A stretch of 64,000 nt of DNA from Isoptericola halotolerans (GCF_013149785.1 NZ_JABEZU010000001.1:868001-932000), one strand, 5' to 3'; counted from the stretch's first letter, positions 17,684 through 29,200 are shown. Notes: generated by a model not told the origin, from the sequence alone. Numbers and translations: made by a program.

Positions 17684-18519
17684 TCGTCGCCGACGGCGTC
17701 TCGCACGCCTACGGCGACACCGCCGTCCTGGCGGACGTCGCCCTGCGGGCGGCCGACGGTGAGGTGCTGGGACTGGTCGGGCCGAACGGCAGCGGGAAGA
17801 CGACGTTGCTGCGGGCGCTGCACCGCGCGCTCGTCCCGGACGCCGGGGCGGTCGCCGTCGACGGCGACGACGTGGACGCCCTGTCGGCCCGGTCGCTGGC
17901 ACGCAGGGTGGCCGTCGTCGTGCAGTCCACCGACGTCGAGTCCCAGCTCACCGCCATGGACGAGGTGCTCCTGGGCCGCTCGCCCTTCCTGGCGCCCTTC
18001 CGGCGCGCCGGGACCGCCGACGAGGAGATCGCTGCCCGGTCGCTGGAGCGGGTGGGCGCCGCCCACCTCGCGGGGCGGGAGGTGGCGACGCTCTCCGGCG
18101 GCGAGCGGCAGCGTGTGCTCGTGGCGCGCGCGCTCGCGCAGGAGCCGCGCTATCTGCTCCTGGACGAGCCGACCAACCATCTCGACGTGCACTACCAGCA
18201 CGAGGTGCTGCACCTGGTGCGCGACCTGGACGTCACCGTGGTGGTGGTGCTCCACGACCTGAACCTCGCGGCCCGGTACTGCGACCGGCTGGTGATGATC
18301 GAGCGGGGGCGGGTGCGCGCGGTCGGGACACCGCAGGACGTGCTGGTGCCCGACCTCGTGGAGCCCGTCTACGGGGTCCGTGCCCAGCGGGTCACCGCGC
18401 AGGACGGCTGCCCCCAGATGCTCTTCGCGCACCGGTCCGGCGACGGAGCGCCGTCGGCGCACCATGCCGACGTCACCGATGCCGACGTCACCGACAAAGT
18501 GCCCGCTCGATCGGGCTGA
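17680..18519 (+). CDS. Metal-chelate ABC transporter ATP-binding protein
   Basis: GPNGSGKTT, LSGGERQR, LLLDEPTNHLD, HDLNLAARYCD. Confidence 0.93.
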   Translation: MIVADGVSHAYGDTAVLADVALRAADGEVLGLVGPNGSGKTTLLRALHRALVPDAGAVAVDGDDVDALSARSLARRVAVVVQSTDVESQLTAMDEVLLGRSPFLAPFRRAGTADEEIAARSLERVGAAHLAGREVATLSGGERQRVLVARALAQEPRYLLLDEPTNHLDVHYQHEVLHLVRDLDVTVVVVLHDLNLAARYCDRLVMIERGRVRAVGTPQDVLVPDLVEPVYGVRAQRVTAQDGCPQMLFAHRSGDGAPSAHHADVTDADVTDKVPARSG

Positions 18520-19252
18520 GGTGGGCGGCACCGCCCAGCCACCGCACGAGGCGTCCACCGCGTTCGAGCTCCAGGGTCGCCACGTGCTCGCCGGCCGGCT
18601 CCGGGGCGAGGGGCGGTGCCGCCTCGTCCTGCGGGTCCGTGCCGGTGGCGTGCAGGACGTTGAGCGTGTCGAGCACGCGGTGCGGACCCAGCACGCCGGG
18701 CACCGGGCGCCCGCCGTCGGCGACGACCTCCTCGACGAGGACGGGCCCGTCGTCGTCGGTCACCTCGCTGCGCAGGACGACGCGACCCCCGCGCTCACCG
18801 TCACGACCCAGGACGACCGTCTCGCGCAGGACCATCCGGGCGCCGGGTCCGAGGTGGGCGGACGTCGTGCGCTGCACGTCCGCGCCGGTCGAGACGACCA
18901 GCGGCATGCCGTACCAGTCCAGCCGGGCGTCCCGGCCGAGACGGACCTCGACGTCCCAGCGGCAGCCGGCGCCCTCGCCGTCGTAGGCGACGGTCCCGCC
19001 CACGTCCGTGACCCGCAGCGCGCACCCGTCGGCCACGTCGAGGCGGACGACGACGTGGTCGCCGCCGAGCAGCACCGCACCGGTGGCGACCAGGGCGACC
19101 TCCGCGTGGTCGGTGCTGCGTGACACGGTGCGCACCGCGAGCAGGCCGTCGGTGGCGTCGACCCGGACCGGAGCCCCGGGCGCGCTGCCCCGCACGACGC
19201 CGACGGCGGTGGTGACCCGGGTGTCAGCGGGCGACGGCGTCGTCGTGGTCAT
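18488..19252 (-). CDS. ureD: Urease accessory protein UreD
   Basis: [18 protein letters not shown]; follows ureF-ureG. Confidence 0.8.
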   Translation of the reverse strand: MTTTTPSPADTRVTTAVGVVRGSAPGAPVRVDATDGLLAVRTVSRSTDHAEVALVATGAVLLGGDHVVVRLDVADGCALRVTDVGGTVAYDGEGAGCRWDVEVRLGRDARLDWYGMPLVVSTGADVQRTTSAHLGPGARMVLRETVVLGRDGERGGRVVLRSEVTDDDGPVLVEEVVADGGRPVPGVLGPHRVLDTLNVLHATGTDPQDEAAPPLAPEPAGEHVATLELERGGRLVRWLGGAAHLSPIERALCR

Positions 19253-20009
19253 GGGCGTGGGCGTGGTCGCCGTCGGCGTGGCTGTGCAGCACGCCGACGC
19301 CGTCCTCGTCGGCGTGGAAGTGCGGGGCCATCGGCCCGGGGTCCTGGGCGACGTGGGCTCCGGACCGGTAGGAGGCGAGCACGTCGAGCAGCCAGCCGCG
19401 CAGGGCGGCCACGGAGTCCTCGTCGGTGCGCGACAGGGCGATCACGGCGCGCCCCTCCCGGGCCGCGGAGGCGTCGGCCACCATCTGCTCGACGTCGACG
19501 CCGACGTGCGGTGCCAGGTCGGTCTTGTTGACGACCAGCAGGTCCGCCCTGCCGATGCCGGGACCGCCCTTGCGGGCGACGTCACCGCCGCCGGCGACGT
19601 CGAGGACGAAGATCTGCGCGTCGACCAGCGCGGGGGAGAAGGTGGCCGTGAGGTTGTCGCCCCCCGACTCGATGATGACCACGTCCAGCGGTGCGAAGTC
19701 GGCGGCCAGGTCCTCGGCGGCGAGCAGGTTGGCGGTGACGTCGTCGCGGATCGCGGTGTGCGGGCAGGCCCCGGTCTCCACGGCGCGGATCCGCTCGGGC
19801 TCCAGCACGCCCGCGGACCGCAGGAACCGCGCGTCCTCGTCGGTGTAGATGTCGTTGGTGATGACCCCGATCTCCAGCTCGGCGGCCAGCGCGCGGCACA
19901 CGGTGGCGATGAGGGACGACTTGCCGACGCCGACGGGGCCGGCAACACCGAGGCGCAACGGCCGCGCCGGGGTGGTGGGTGCGGTCTCGGGGAACGGGTT
20001 CTCAGGCAC
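19224..20009 (-). CDS. ureG: Urease accessory GTPase with His-rich C-terminal tail
   Basis: [40 protein letters not shown]. Confidence 0.95.
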   Translation of the reverse strand: MPENPFPETAPTTPARPLRLGVAGPVGVGKSSLIATVCRALAAELEIGVITNDIYTDEDARFLRSAGVLEPERIRAVETGACPHTAIRDDVTANLLAAEDLAADFAPLDVVIIESGGDNLTATFSPALVDAQIFVLDVAGGGDVARKGGPGIGRADLLVVNKTDLAPHVGVDVEQMVADASAAREGRAVIALSRTDEDSVAALRGWLLDVLASYRSGAHVAQDPGPMAPHFHADEDGVGVLHSHADGDHAHAHDHDDAVAR

Positions 20010-20727
20010 GGAACAACCTCTGGTTCGTCAGGGCGTGGGCCTCGGCCCAGCCTTCGGTCAGGGGGGCACCGGACGACGGGATGTCGTCCGGGGTGGTGCA
20101 CGCCGCCACGCGGCCCACGTGGGCCTCGGCGGCGGCGCAGGCGTCGAGGACCCACCGTGCGGGCACGAGAGGGTCCAGGGGTTCGAGCTTCAGCAGCGCG
20201 GACGCCGCCGTCTGGGCGTCGTCGTACACCGTCAGCCGGACGACGTCGACGGCGTCGAGCCCGGCGGCGGCAGCGACGGCACCGAGGACGACGGCACGGG
20301 GCGGGCTGCTGCTCCGGGTCGCCCGGGCGGCGACGGCCGCGACCGCGGGGTGGGGCCCCCACAGCGAGCGGGCCACCCGCAGGTAGCCGCGGCCGAGGAG
20401 CCGGGAGGCGTCGCGCAGCGCACGCGACGGGGTCCGGGCGGCCCACGCGCGCTCGACGGTGGAGAGCGCGGCGTCGTGGTCGAGACCGTGCGGACCGCTC
20501 GTGAGCACGCGTGCGGCCACGACGGCGGTGCCCGCCTCGACGAGGCCGACCGTCGTGGCGCGCCCCACCATCCAGGCGGGCACGTCGGCCGCGGGCAGCC
20601 CGCCGAGCAGCGCGGGCTCGAGGCTCGCCGAGTGCGCGTGCCCGCCGCCCGGCAGGCGGGCGTCGGCCAGGAGCATCGCGACCGACGCCGGCGCCGGCCG
20701 GGCCGGTGGCGCTGAGGTGGGGTTCAC
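20002..20727 (-). CDS. ureF: Urease accessory protein UreF
   Basis: [26 protein letters not shown]-terminal RLFRA. Confidence 0.88.
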   Translation of the reverse strand: MNPTSAPPARPAPASVAMLLADARLPGGGHAHSASLEPALLGGLPAADVPAWMVGRATTVGLVEAGTAVVAARVLTSGPHGLDHDAALSTVERAWAARTPSRALRDASRLLGRGYLRVARSLWGPHPAVAAVAARATRSSSPPRAVVLGAVAAAAGLDAVDVVRLTVYDDAQTAASALLKLEPLDPLVPARWVLDACAAAEAHVGRVAACTTPDDIPSSGAPLTEGWAEAHALTNQRLFRA

Positions 20728-20735
20728 GGCGGCCC

Positions 20736-22439
20736 TCAGAACATCGAGTAGAGCTGAGCGAGCGGCAGGCGGGCCGCAGGAGCGGGTTCGACGAGGTCCC
20801 CGTCGATGCGGATCTCGAACGTGTCGGGCCGGATGTCGATGCGCGGCAGCGCGTCGTTGTTGCGCATGGCCGACTTGCCGACCCCGCGCGTCGAGGCGAT
20901 CGGCGCGAGGCGGCGCCGCAGCCCGAGGCGGTCGGCCAGCCCGTCGTCGATCGCGGCGGGCGCGACGAAGGCGAGCGAGGTGTCCGCCGCGAGCGCTTCG
21001 CCGAACGCGGGCCGCTGCAGCACGGGCTGCGGGGTGGGGATGGAGGCGTTGGGGTCGCCGAGCGCCGCCCAGGCGATGACGCCGCCCTTGATCACCAGCT
21101 CGGGCCGGAAGCCGAAGAACCTCGGGTCCCACAGCACGAGGTCGGCCAGCTTGCCGGGCTCGACGGAGCCGATCTCGGCGTCGACCCCGTGGGCGATCGC
21201 CGGGTTGATCGTGTACTTGGCCACGTAGCGGCGGGCCCGCTCGTTGTCGGCGGGCTCGCCGGCCCCGAGCGACCCTCGCCGGTGCTTCATCACGTGCGCC
21301 ACCTGCCAGGTGCGGGTGATCACCTCCCCGATGCGCCCCATGGCCTGGGCGTCCGAGGACGTGATCGAGATGGCGCCCATGTCGTGCAGCACGTCCTCGG
21401 CGGCGATGGTCGACGCGCGGATGCGGGACTCGGCGAACGCCAGGTCCTCGGGCACCGCCGGGTTGAGGTGGTGGCAGACCATCAGCATGTCGAGGTGCTC
21501 GGCCACCGTGTTGACGGTGTGCGGCAGCGTGGGGTTCGTCGAGCCGGGGATCACGTGCTCCAGCGCCGCGATGGTGAGGATGTCGGGGGCGTGGCCGCCC
21601 CCGGCACCCTCGACGTGGTAGGCGTGGATGCCCCGGCCGTCGATCGCGTCGATGGTGGACTGCACGTACCCGGTCTCGTTGAGAGAGTCGGAGTGCAGCG
21701 CCACCTGCAGACCCCACTCCTCGGCCGCGGTGAGGGCTGCGTCGAGGGCGGCGGGAGTGGAGCCCCAGTCCTCGTGCACCTTGTAGCTGCCGGCCCCGGC
21801 GAGGGCCTGCTCGGCGAGGGCCTCGGCGCTGACGGTGTTGCCCTTGGCCAGCAGCAGCACGTTCAGCGGCAGGGGGTCGAGTGCCCGCAGGACCTGGCGC
21901 AGGTGCCAGGCGCCCGGCGTCACGGTGGTCGCCTTGGAACCCTCCGAGGGACCGGTGCCGCCACCGGCGACCGTCGTGATGCCGGTGGCGAGCGCCTCGT
22001 GCAACGCCGACGGGGACAGCAGGTGGACGTGCGGGTCGAAACCCCCGGCGGTGAGGATGCGCCCCTCGCCCGAGATGACGTCCGTGGACGGGCCGATCAC
22101 CAGGTCGGGGTGCACGCCGTCGGCGACGTCCGGGTTTCCTGCGCGCCCCAGGGCGACGATCCGGCCGTCGCGCACGCCGACGTCGGCGCGGACCACGCCC
22201 CACCAGTCGAGGACGACGGCGTTGGTGATCACCGTGTCGAGCGCACCCTGGGCACGTGTCCGTGTCGACTGCGCCATCGACTCGCGGATGGTCTTGCCAC
22301 CCCCGAACACGGCCTCCTCACCACCGACGGTGCGGTCCTCGGTGACCTCGATCCACAGGTCGGTGTCCCCGAGCCGGACCTGGTCGCCGACCGTCGGGCC
22401 GTAGAGGGCGGCGTAGCGCTCGCGGTCGACCCAGACCAT
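20736..22439 (-). CDS. ureC: Urease alpha subunit
   Basis: [58 protein letters not shown]. Confidence 0.98.
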   Translation of the reverse strand: MVWVDRERYAALYGPTVGDQVRLGDTDLWIEVTEDRTVGGEEAVFGGGKTIRESMAQSTRTRAQGALDTVITNAVVLDWWGVVRADVGVRDGRIVALGRAGNPDVADGVHPDLVIGPSTDVISGEGRILTAGGFDPHVHLLSPSALHEALATGITTVAGGGTGPSEGSKATTVTPGAWHLRQVLRALDPLPLNVLLLAKGNTVSAEALAEQALAGAGSYKVHEDWGSTPAALDAALTAAEEWGLQVALHSDSLNETGYVQSTIDAIDGRGIHAYHVEGAGGGHAPDILTIAALEHVIPGSTNPTLPHTVNTVAEHLDMLMVCHHLNPAVPEDLAFAESRIRASTIAAEDVLHDMGAISITSSDAQAMGRIGEVITRTWQVAHVMKHRRGSLGAGEPADNERARRYVAKYTINPAIAHGVDAEIGSVEPGKLADLVLWDPRFFGFRPELVIKGGVIAWAALGDPNASIPTPQPVLQRPAFGEALAADTSLAFVAPAAIDDGLADRLGLRRRLAPIASTRGVGKSAMRNNDALPRIDIRPDTFEIRIDGDLVEPAPAARLPLAQLYSMF

Positions 22440-22801
22440 CAGCGTGTCCCGGCGCCGGGGACGTCGAGCGTCCCGCCGTCGGTCTTGCCGCGCTGCAGGC
22501 CGGGGACCTGCCGGGTCCCGCGCAGCGCGACGGCGTCGACCTCGCGGCTGACACCGGGCTCGAACCGCTGGGAGGTGCCGGCAGGGACGTCGAGGCGGAA
22601 GCCGTGCGCGGCGGCGCGGTCCATGCGCAGCGCCGCGTTGGCGTCGGGCAGGTGGACGTGCGAGCCGACCTGCACCGGGCGGTCACCGGTGTTGGTGACG
22701 ACCAGGCGCAGCCGTTCGGCGTCGCTGCGGTCGGCGTTGAGCTCGATCCGGCCGGGGGCGACGCGGATCGCGCCGGGGCCGGTGGTGCTGTGGGCGGACA
22801 C
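22439..22801 (-). CDS. ureB: Urease beta subunit
   Basis: [27 protein letters not shown]. Confidence 0.96.
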   Translation of the reverse strand: MSAHSTTGPGAIRVAPGRIELNADRSDAERLRLVVTNTGDRPVQVGSHVHLPDANAALRMDRAAAHGFRLDVPAGTSQRFEPGVSREVDAVALRGTRQVPGLQRGKTDGGTLDVPGAGTR

Positions 22802-22810
22802 GGGGAGCTC

Positions 22811-23113
22811 CTACGGGATCGGGTGGTGGAGGGTGACGAGCTTGCGGCCGTCGGGGAACGTGGCCTCGACCTGCACGTCGGTGAGCATCTCGGGCACGCC
22901 GTCCATGACCTGTGCACGGGTGAGCACGGTGCTGCCGTCCCGCATGAGGGTGGCGACGTCCGCGCCGTCGCGGGCGCGCTCGATCACCCAGCACGAGAGC
23001 AGGGCGATCGTCTCCGGATGGTTGAGTCGCACCCCGCGGCCGAGGCGGTCGCGGGCGACCATGCCGGCGACGGCGAGCAGCAGCTTCTCGGTGTCGGCGG
23101 GTGTCAGGTGCAC
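22811..23113 (-). CDS. ureA: Urease gamma subunit
   Basis: MHLTP...[27 protein letters not shown]. Confidence 0.97.
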   Translation of the reverse strand: MHLTPADTEKLLLAVAGMVARDRLGRGVRLNHPETIALLSCWVIERARDGADVATLMRDGSTVLTRAQVMDGVPEMLTDVQVEATFPDGRKLVTLHHPIP

Positions 23114-23138
23114 GCGGACTCCTCCGGGTCGTGGGGAC

Positions 23139-23834
23139 TCACAGCGCCATCGCCTCGCGGGCCTCGGCGACGGCCGTGGCGCCGCCCGGTGCGCGGTGCG
23201 TGATGCGGCCGGAGGTCATCACCAGGTACTCGGCGGCGTGCTGCACGGCATAGCCGATGTGCTGCTCGACGAGCAGGACGGACAGGTCGCCGTCGGACCT
23301 CAGCGCGGTGACGGCCGCGTAGATCTCCTGCACCACGTTGGGCTGGATGCCCTCGGTCGGTTCGTCGAGGACGAGCAGGCGCGGGCCGGTCACCAGGGCG
23401 CGGGCGATGGCGAGCTGTTGACGCTGGCCGCCGGAGAGCAGACCGGCCGGGCGCCCGAGCAGCGGACCGAGGGCGGGGAAGAGGTCGAGGGCCTCGGCGG
23501 TGCGACGTCGCCCCTCGGCACCGTAGGCGTCGGCCACGACCTGGAGGTTCTCCCTGGCGGTGAGCTGACCGAAGGACTGCTGCCCCTGGGGGACGTAGGC
23601 GACGCCTCGACGGACCCTGCGGTGCGGGGGCCAGCGCGTGACGTCGTCGTCGCCGAGCAGCACGGTGCCCGACCGGACCGGCAGCAGACCGAGGACGGCG
23701 CGCAGCAGCGTCGTCTTGCCGGCGCCGTTGTGTCCCAGCACGGCGGTCAGGGCGCCGTCGGGGACCGTGAGGTCGACGTCGTGGACCACGGCCGTGCGCC
23801 CGTAGCCGGTGCTGACCCCGGTGAGCTCGAGCAT
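23139..23834 (-). CDS. urtE: Urea ABC transporter ATP-binding protein
   Basis: [39 protein letters not shown]. Confidence 0.92.
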   Translation of the reverse strand: MLELTGVSTGYGRTAVVHDVDLTVPDGALTAVLGHNGAGKTTLLRAVLGLLPVRSGTVLLGDDDVTRWPPHRRVRRGVAYVPQGQQSFGQLTARENLQVVADAYGAEGRRRTAEALDLFPALGPLLGRPAGLLSGGQRQQLAIARALVTGPRLLVLDEPTEGIQPNVVQEIYAAVTALRSDGDLSVLLVEQHIGYAVQHAAEYLVMTSGRITHRAPGGATAVAEAREAMAL

Positions 23835-24688
23835 CAGGCCTCCTCGTCGTCCGTGTGGGTGGCGCCGAGGTAGACCTCGACGACGGCCGGGTCGTTCTGG
23901 ACCTCGGCCACGGTGCCCTCGGCCAGCACCCGGCCCTGGTGCATGACGGTGACCGAGTCGGCGTAGGACCGGAGGAACTCCATGTCGTGCTCGACCACGA
24001 CCACGACCCGCTGGGAGCCGATGCGGCGCAGCAGCTCCCCGGTGGCCTCGCGCTCCGCCTGCGTCATCCCGGCCACGGGCTCGTCGAGCAGCATCAGGTG
24101 GGCGTCCTGGACGAGCAGCATCCCGATCTCGAGCCACTGCTTCTGACCGTGGGCGAGCACCCCGGCGGTCGTGTCCCGCAGGGCGCCGAGGCCGACCAGC
24201 TCGAGCGCCTGCTCGACAGCCTCGGGGGTGCCGCGACGTCGGCGCAGCAGCGTCGAGGGGCCGCGCCGGGCGCCGGCGGCGATGTCGAGGTTCTGCAGCA
24301 CGGTGAGCTCCTCGAAGACGCTCGCCGTCTGGAAGGTCCGTCCCACGCCGTCGCGGGCGATGCGGTGCGTGCCGCGGCCCAGCAGCTCGGTGCCGCCGAA
24401 GCGGGCCGATCCCGTCGCTCCCACCAGCCCGGTGATCGCGTCGATCAGCGTGGTCTTGCCGGCGCCGTTCGGGCCGATGAGGAACCGCAGGTCGCCCTGG
24501 GTGACCGTGAGGTCGACGTCGCGCACCGCGACGAACCCGCCGAACGTCACGCGCAGGCCGCGCACCTCGAGGTAGTCGTGGCGGAAGCGGGAGGTGTCGG
24601 TGCCGAGCAGCGCCTCGGCAGCCGGGCCCGTGGTGTCGGGCTCCGGCTCGATGGCGGCCGGCTCGGTGGTGGTGGGGAGGTCGGTCAT
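23834..24688 (-). CDS. urtD: Urea ABC transporter ATP-binding protein
   Basis: IGPNGAGKTT, HGQKQWLEIGMLL, LDEPVAGM, VEHDMEF. Confidence 0.93.
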   Translation of the reverse strand: MTDLPTTTEPAAIEPEPDTTGPAAEALLGTDTSRFRHDYLEVRGLRVTFGGFVAVRDVDLTVTQGDLRFLIGPNGAGKTTLIDAITGLVGATGSARFGGTELLGRGTHRIARDGVGRTFQTASVFEELTVLQNLDIAAGARRGPSTLLRRRRGTPEAVEQALELVGLGALRDTTAGVLAHGQKQWLEIGMLLVQDAHLMLLDEPVAGMTQAEREATGELLRRIGSQRVVVVVEHDMEFLRSYADSVTVMHQGRVLAEGTVAEVQNDPAVVEVYLGATHTDDEEA

Positions 24689-25791
24689 GCGGGGCGCTCC
24701 TCGAGCTCGGGTGCGGGCGGTGACGCGGCGCTGTCCCTCCGCCGTCGTCGGCGGACGAGCGAGGCGAGCCCGCCGGGCAGGAAGGCGATGACGACGATGA
24801 ACAGAGCGCCCTGGAAGTAGATCCAGCCGGAGGGGAACTGCTCCGAGATGGAGGTCTGGGCCCAGCTCACGGCGATGGAGCCGAGCACGGGCCCCAGCAG
24901 GGTCGCCCGCCCGCCGATCGCCACGCCGACGAGGAAGCCGATCGAGGGGACGACGCCGACGTCGGCGGGCGAGATGATGCCGACGATCGGCACGAACAGG
25001 GCACCGCCCACGGCCGCCATCACGGCGGCGACGACGTAGGCGACGGTCTTGACCGCGGCCGGGTTGTAGCCGAGGAACCGGACGCGGTCCTCGGCGTCGC
25101 GCACCGCCACGAGGAGCTCGCCGAAGCGCGAGACCATGAGCTGGCGTGCCACCAGCACCATGAGCAGCAGCACCCCGGCCGCGATGAGGTAGAGCATCCG
25201 CTGGTTGACGGGGTCGGTGAGGTCGTAGCCGAAGAACGCGCGGAACCCGTTGAGGCCGTTGGTCCCGCCGGTGGTCTGCTGCTGACCGATCAGCAGGATG
25301 GCGAACGCGGCGGCCAACGCCTGGGAGAGGATCGCGAAGTAGGCGCCGCGCACCCGGCGGGTGAACACCGCCCAGCCCAGCAGTCCCGCCAGCGCGGCAG
25401 GGACGAGCACGATGAGCAGCACCGTGGCAGCGGGGGAGCGCATCGGCTCCCACCACCAGGGCACCTCACCGGTGCCGTACAGGCTCATGAAGTCCGGCAC
25501 CCCGCCGGGGCCGGCGTCGGCCAGCTTGAGGTGCATGGCCATGAGGTAGGCGCCCAGGCCGAAGTAGACCCCCTGGCCCAGGGTGAGCAGGCCGCCGCGA
25601 CCCCACGCGAGACCGATACCGACGGCCACCATCGCCAGGCACAGGAACTTGGCGAGCAGGCTGAGCCGGAACGGGCTGAGCAGGACGGGTGCCACCGCGA
25701 AGAGCAGGACGGCTGCGAGCGCGAAGCCGGCCAGGGCCCGGGTGCGTCCCGGCGCCAGGAGGGTGTGCAGTCGGTCGGTCATGCCGGTCAT
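24685..25791 (-). CDS. urtC: Urea ABC transporter permease
   Basis: WGRGGLLTLGQG, GAYFAILSQAL, GGTNGL, VRDAEDRVRFLGY. Confidence 0.93.
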   Translation of the reverse strand: MTGMTDRLHTLLAPGRTRALAGFALAAVLLFAVAPVLLSPFRLSLLAKFLCLAMVAVGIGLAWGRGGLLTLGQGVYFGLGAYLMAMHLKLADAGPGGVPDFMSLYGTGEVPWWWEPMRSPAATVLLIVLVPAALAGLLGWAVFTRRVRGAYFAILSQALAAAFAILLIGQQQTTGGTNGLNGFRAFFGYDLTDPVNQRMLYLIAAGVLLLMVLVARQLMVSRFGELLVAVRDAEDRVRFLGYNPAAVKTVAYVVAAVMAAVGGALFVPIVGIISPADVGVVPSIGFLVGVAIGGRATLLGPVLGSIAVSWAQTSISEQFPSGWIYFQGALFIVVIAFLPGGLASLVRRRRRRDSAASPPAPELEERPA

Positions 25792-26672
25792 ACCAGGCTC
25801 CTCGTCCGCACGGTGACCAGCCCCTGGGGGCGCACCTGCAGGAAGGCGACGATCACGACGAAGACCAGCACCTTGGCGACCGACGCCGTCGTGGAGTACT
25901 CGAAGAAGGCTTGCATCAGCCCGAGCGCGGTCGCGGCGATCACCGTGCCCTTGATCTGCCCGATGCCTCCCGCCACGACCACCAGGAAGGCGTCGACGAT
26001 GTAGCTGGTCCCCAGCGTCGGGCCGATCGAGCCGAGCAGGGTGAGGGCGACCCCGGCGATGCCGGCGAGACCGGAGCCGATGAAGAACGTCAGCCGGTCG
26101 GTGCCGCGCGAGGAGACGCCGGACGTCTCGGCCAGGTCGCGGTTCTGCACGACGGCGCGGATGCGCCGGCCGAGCGGTGTGGCCTTGAGCGCGATCGACA
26201 GCGTGGCGACGCAGACGATCGCGACGGTCAGGATGAACAGGCGCGTCTTGGGGAGCGTGACGTCGCCGATCGTGACCGCGCCGGAGAGCCACTCCGGCGC
26301 GGTCACGTCGACGTTCGGCGCACCGAAGACGTCCCGGGCGACCTGCTGCAGGACCAGGGCGACTCCCCAGGTGACCAGCAAGGTGTCCAACGGTCGGTGG
26401 TACATGCGATGGATGAGGGTCGCCTCGAGCAGGAGCCCGAGGAGGCCGCCGACCACGAAGCCGAGCGGCAGGGCGACCAGCAGGCTGATCCCCGCGCTCC
26501 CGATGACGCCCTGGACCACGAAGGCCGTGTAGGCGCCGGCCATCATGAACTCTCCGTGGGCCATGTTGATGACTCCCATCTGGCCGAACGTCAGCGCGAG
26601 GCCGAGTGCGGCGAGCAGGAGCACCGAGCCGAGGCTCAGTCCCGCGAAGAGCTGGGAGAGGAGGATGTCCAT
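25788..26672 (-). CDS. urtB: Urea ABC transporter permease
   Basis: GLALTFGQMGVINMAHGEF, RPLDTLLVTWG, RPQGL. Confidence 0.94.
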   Translation of the reverse strand: MDILLSQLFAGLSLGSVLLLAALGLALTFGQMGVINMAHGEFMMAGAYTAFVVQGVIGSAGISLLVALPLGFVVGGLLGLLLEATLIHRMYHRPLDTLLVTWGVALVLQQVARDVFGAPNVDVTAPEWLSGAVTIGDVTLPKTRLFILTVAIVCVATLSIALKATPLGRRIRAVVQNRDLAETSGVSSRGTDRLTFFIGSGLAGIAGVALTLLGSIGPTLGTSYIVDAFLVVVAGGIGQIKGTVIAATALGLMQAFFEYSTTASVAKVLVFVVIVAFLQVRPQGLVTVRTRSLV

Positions 26673-26717
26673 CGTCAGTGTCCGATCGTCGGGTGCGTCG
26701 GGTCGGTGGGGTTCACG

Positions 26718-27986
26718 TCAGGACAGACCCTCGGCCCAGTCGTAGCCCTCGAGGAACGGGTCGGGCTCGATCGGGCCGTCCGAGCTCCACTCGGTGTAGA
26801 TCAGGCCGTCGTCGCCGATCCGGCCGATGAGCGCGGTCTTGGCGATGTGGTGGTTGTCGCCGTTCACCGTGACGGTGCCCTCGGGGGCGTCGAACGAGAC
26901 GCCGTCGGCGGCCTCCTGGACGTCCGCGACGTCGAAGGACTCGGCCTTCTCGACCATGCCCTTCCACAGGTAGAGGGAGTCGTAGGCGGCTTCCATCGGG
27001 TCGGAGGTGACGCGGTCCGCGCCGTACTCGGCCTGGAAGGCCTCGACGAAGGCGGCGTTCTCCGGGGTGTCGACGGTCTGGTAGTAGTTCCAGGCGGTGA
27101 GCTGCCCCTCGACGTTCTCGACGCCGATGCCGCCGATCTCCTCCTCGGCGATGGACACGGAGAGCACGGGCATGTCGTCCGGTCCGAGGCCCGCGTTCGA
27201 GTACTCCTTGAAGAACGCCACGTTGGAGTCGCCGTTCAGCGTGTTGAACACCGCGTCGGCGTCGGCCGACCTCACCTTGTTGACGATCGTGGAGAAGTCG
27301 GTGTGGCCGAGCGGTGCGTACTCCTCGCCGAGGACCTCGATGCCGTGCGCCTCGGCGTAGGCGTTGATGATCTTGTTCGCGGTGCGGGGGAACACGTAGT
27401 CCGAGCCGACGAGGAACAGCGACTCGACGCCCTGCTCGGCGAGGTAGTCGAGACCCGGCACGATCTGCTGGTTGGTCGTGGCACCGGTGTAGAAGATGTT
27501 CGGCGAGGACTCCAGGCCCTCGTACTGCACGGGGTAGAACAGCAGGGAGTCCTGGGACTCGAAGACGGGCAGCATCGCCTTGCGCGAGGCCGAGGTCCAG
27601 CCACCGAAGACCGCCGCGACGCAGTCGCTCGTGATGAGCTTGGTGGCCTTCTCGGCGAAGACGGTGGGTTCGGACTGGCCGTCCTCGGTGACGATCTCGA
27701 GCTCCTTGCCGAGGACGCCGCCGTCGGCGTTGATCTCCGAGGCGGCGAGCTGCAGGGAGTCGTGGACGGTCTGCTCGGAGATCGCCATCGTGCCCGACAG
27801 CGAGTTGAGGAAGCCGATCTTGACGGTGTCGCCCGAGGTGTCGACGCAGCCGGCGCCGGTCGCCTCGGAGGGCTCGCCGCCCGCTGTGTCGACCTGGGCT
27901 CCGCAGGCGGTCAGCGCGCCGGCGGCGAGTGCTGCGATGGAGAGGGCGCCGAGACTTCTCGTGCCGGCGTGTGTCCGTGGACGCAT
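26718..27986 (-). CDS. urtA: Urea ABC transporter substrate-binding lipoprotein
   Basis: Lipobox [50 protein letters not shown]. Confidence 0.95.
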   Translation of the reverse strand: MRPRTHAGTRSLGALSIAALAAGALTACGAQVDTAGGEPSEATGAGCVDTSGDTVKIGFLNSLSGTMAISEQTVHDSLQLAASEINADGGVLGKELEIVTEDGQSEPTVFAEKATKLITSDCVAAVFGGWTSASRKAMLPVFESQDSLLFYPVQYEGLESSPNIFYTGATTNQQIVPGLDYLAEQGVESLFLVGSDYVFPRTANKIINAYAEAHGIEVLGEEYAPLGHTDFSTIVNKVRSADADAVFNTLNGDSNVAFFKEYSNAGLGPDDMPVLSVSIAEEEIGGIGVENVEGQLTAWNYYQTVDTPENAAFVEAFQAEYGADRVTSDPMEAAYDSLYLWKGMVEKAESFDVADVQEAADGVSFDAPEGTVTVNGDNHHIAKTALIGRIGDDGLIYTEWSSDGPIEPDPFLEGYDWAEGLS

Positions 27987-28022
27987 GGCGTGCTCCGTTC
28001 GTGGCGGGCCCGGGAAGGCCAT

Positions 28023-28042
28023 TTAGGTTCAGATGAACCTAA
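28023..28042. promoter_or_regulatory. Perfect AT-rich inverted repeat upstream of urtA (candidate repressor operator)
   Basis: ttaggttca-ga-tgaacctaa, conspicuous in a high-GC background. Confidence 0.65.
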
Positions 28043-28074
28043 GTACGCCGAGGTGTCCGATCTGTCAGCCCCAC

Positions 28075-28090
28075 GTAACTTTCGTGTTTC
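28075..28090 (-). promoter_or_regulatory. Putative GlnR box upstream of the urt-ure operon
   Basis: Minus strand GAAAC-acgaaa-GTTAC; fits actinobacterial GlnR GTnAC/GAAAC half-sites 6 nt apart (AC-N9-AC). Confidence 0.6.
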
Positions 28091-28137
28091 CGGTCGCGGT
28101 GGCCGGCCGTGCTCGCGACGGTGCGATCATGGTGGCC

Positions 28138-29196
28138 ATGACTGACCAGACCGGTGGCGAGCCCCTGGTGCTCGGGATCGAGACCTCCTGCGACGAGACC
28201 GGCGTCGCGCTCGTGCGCGGCGACACGCTGCTCTTCGACGCGGTGGCGAGCTCCATGGACGAGCACGCCCGGTACGGCGGGATCATCCCCGAGGTCGCCA
28301 GCCGCGCCCACCTCGAGGCCATGGTGCCGACGATCCGCCGGGCGCTGGGCGAGGCCGACGTCGACCTGTCGCAGGTCGACGCGATCGCCGTCACCGCGGG
28401 ACCGGGCCTGGTCGGCCCCCTGACCATCGGCGCCAGCGCCGCCAAGGCGTTGTCGATCGGGCTGAACCGGCCGCTCTACGGCGTCAACCACGTCATCGGC
28501 CACGCGGCGGTCAACCAGCTCGTCGACGGGCCGTTCACCGGTCGGTCGATGGCCCTGGTCGTCTCCGGCGGCCACAGCTCGCTGCTGCTCGTCGACGACA
28601 TCGCCACCGGCGTCACCGAGCTGGGCTCGACCCTCGACGACGCCGCGGGGGAGGCGTTCGACAAGGTGGGGCGTCTGCTCGGCCTGCCGTACCCGGGCGG
28701 CCCGCACATCGACCGGCTCGCCCGCGAGGGCGACCCCGAGGCGATCCGGTTCCCGCGCGGCCTGACCGCCCGCAAGGACCAGGCGGAGCACGCCTACGAC
28801 TTCAGCTTCTCCGGTCTCAAGACGGCGGTGGCCCGGTGGGTCGAGACCTGCCAGGACGCGGGGCGCGACGTGCCCGTGGCCGACGTCGCGGCCTCCTTCG
28901 CGGCCGCCGTCGTCGACGTGCTCACCGCCAAGACCATCGCCGCCTGCCGGGCGCACGACGTCGACACCCTGGTCATCGGTGGCGGCTTCTCCGCCAACAG
29001 CCAGCTGCGGGACCTGGCGGCCGAGCGGTGCGCCGCCGCCGGCATCGACCTGCGCATCCCCCCGATCCGCTACTGCACGGACAACGGGGCGATGATCGCC
29101 GCGCTCGGGTCCGCCGTCGTGCGGGCCGGTGTCGCGCCGTCGGACCTGGACATCGGGGTGGACTCCTCCATGCCCCTGACCTCGATCACCGTCTGA
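28138..29196 (+). CDS. tsaD: tRNA N6-adenosine threonylcarbamoyltransferase
   Basis: [59 protein letters not shown]. Confidence 0.97.
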   Translation: MTDQTGGEPLVLGIETSCDETGVALVRGDTLLFDAVASSMDEHARYGGIIPEVASRAHLEAMVPTIRRALGEADVDLSQVDAIAVTAGPGLVGPLTIGASAAKALSIGLNRPLYGVNHVIGHAAVNQLVDGPFTGRSMALVVSGGHSSLLLVDDIATGVTELGSTLDDAAGEAFDKVGRLLGLPYPGGPHIDRLAREGDPEAIRFPRGLTARKDQAEHAYDFSFSGLKTAVARWVETCQDAGRDVPVADVAASFAAAVVDVLTAKTIAACRAHDVDTLVIGGGFSANSQLRDLAAERCAAAGIDLRIPPIRYCTDNGAMIAALGSAVVRAGVAPSDLDIGVDSSMPLTSITV

Positions 29197-29200
29197 GCGC

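Noticed and set aside
18466..18495. 15 bp duplication at the end of the ABC ATPase gene (ADVTD x2)
   Set aside because: Short slippage repeat in a non-conserved tail; no sign of function.
20511..23873. Very long alternative ORFs (e.g. 20511-23873 +, 51767-54481 +, 34258-36882 -, 25689-28145 +)
   Set aside because: They are antisense shadows of ure, xfp, guaB and urt genes, caused by stop-codon scarcity at high GC; no protein motifs.
13388..28090. Integrative element or prophage explanation for the urea block
   Set aside because: No integrase, tRNA site, att repeats or obvious compositional shift were seen.
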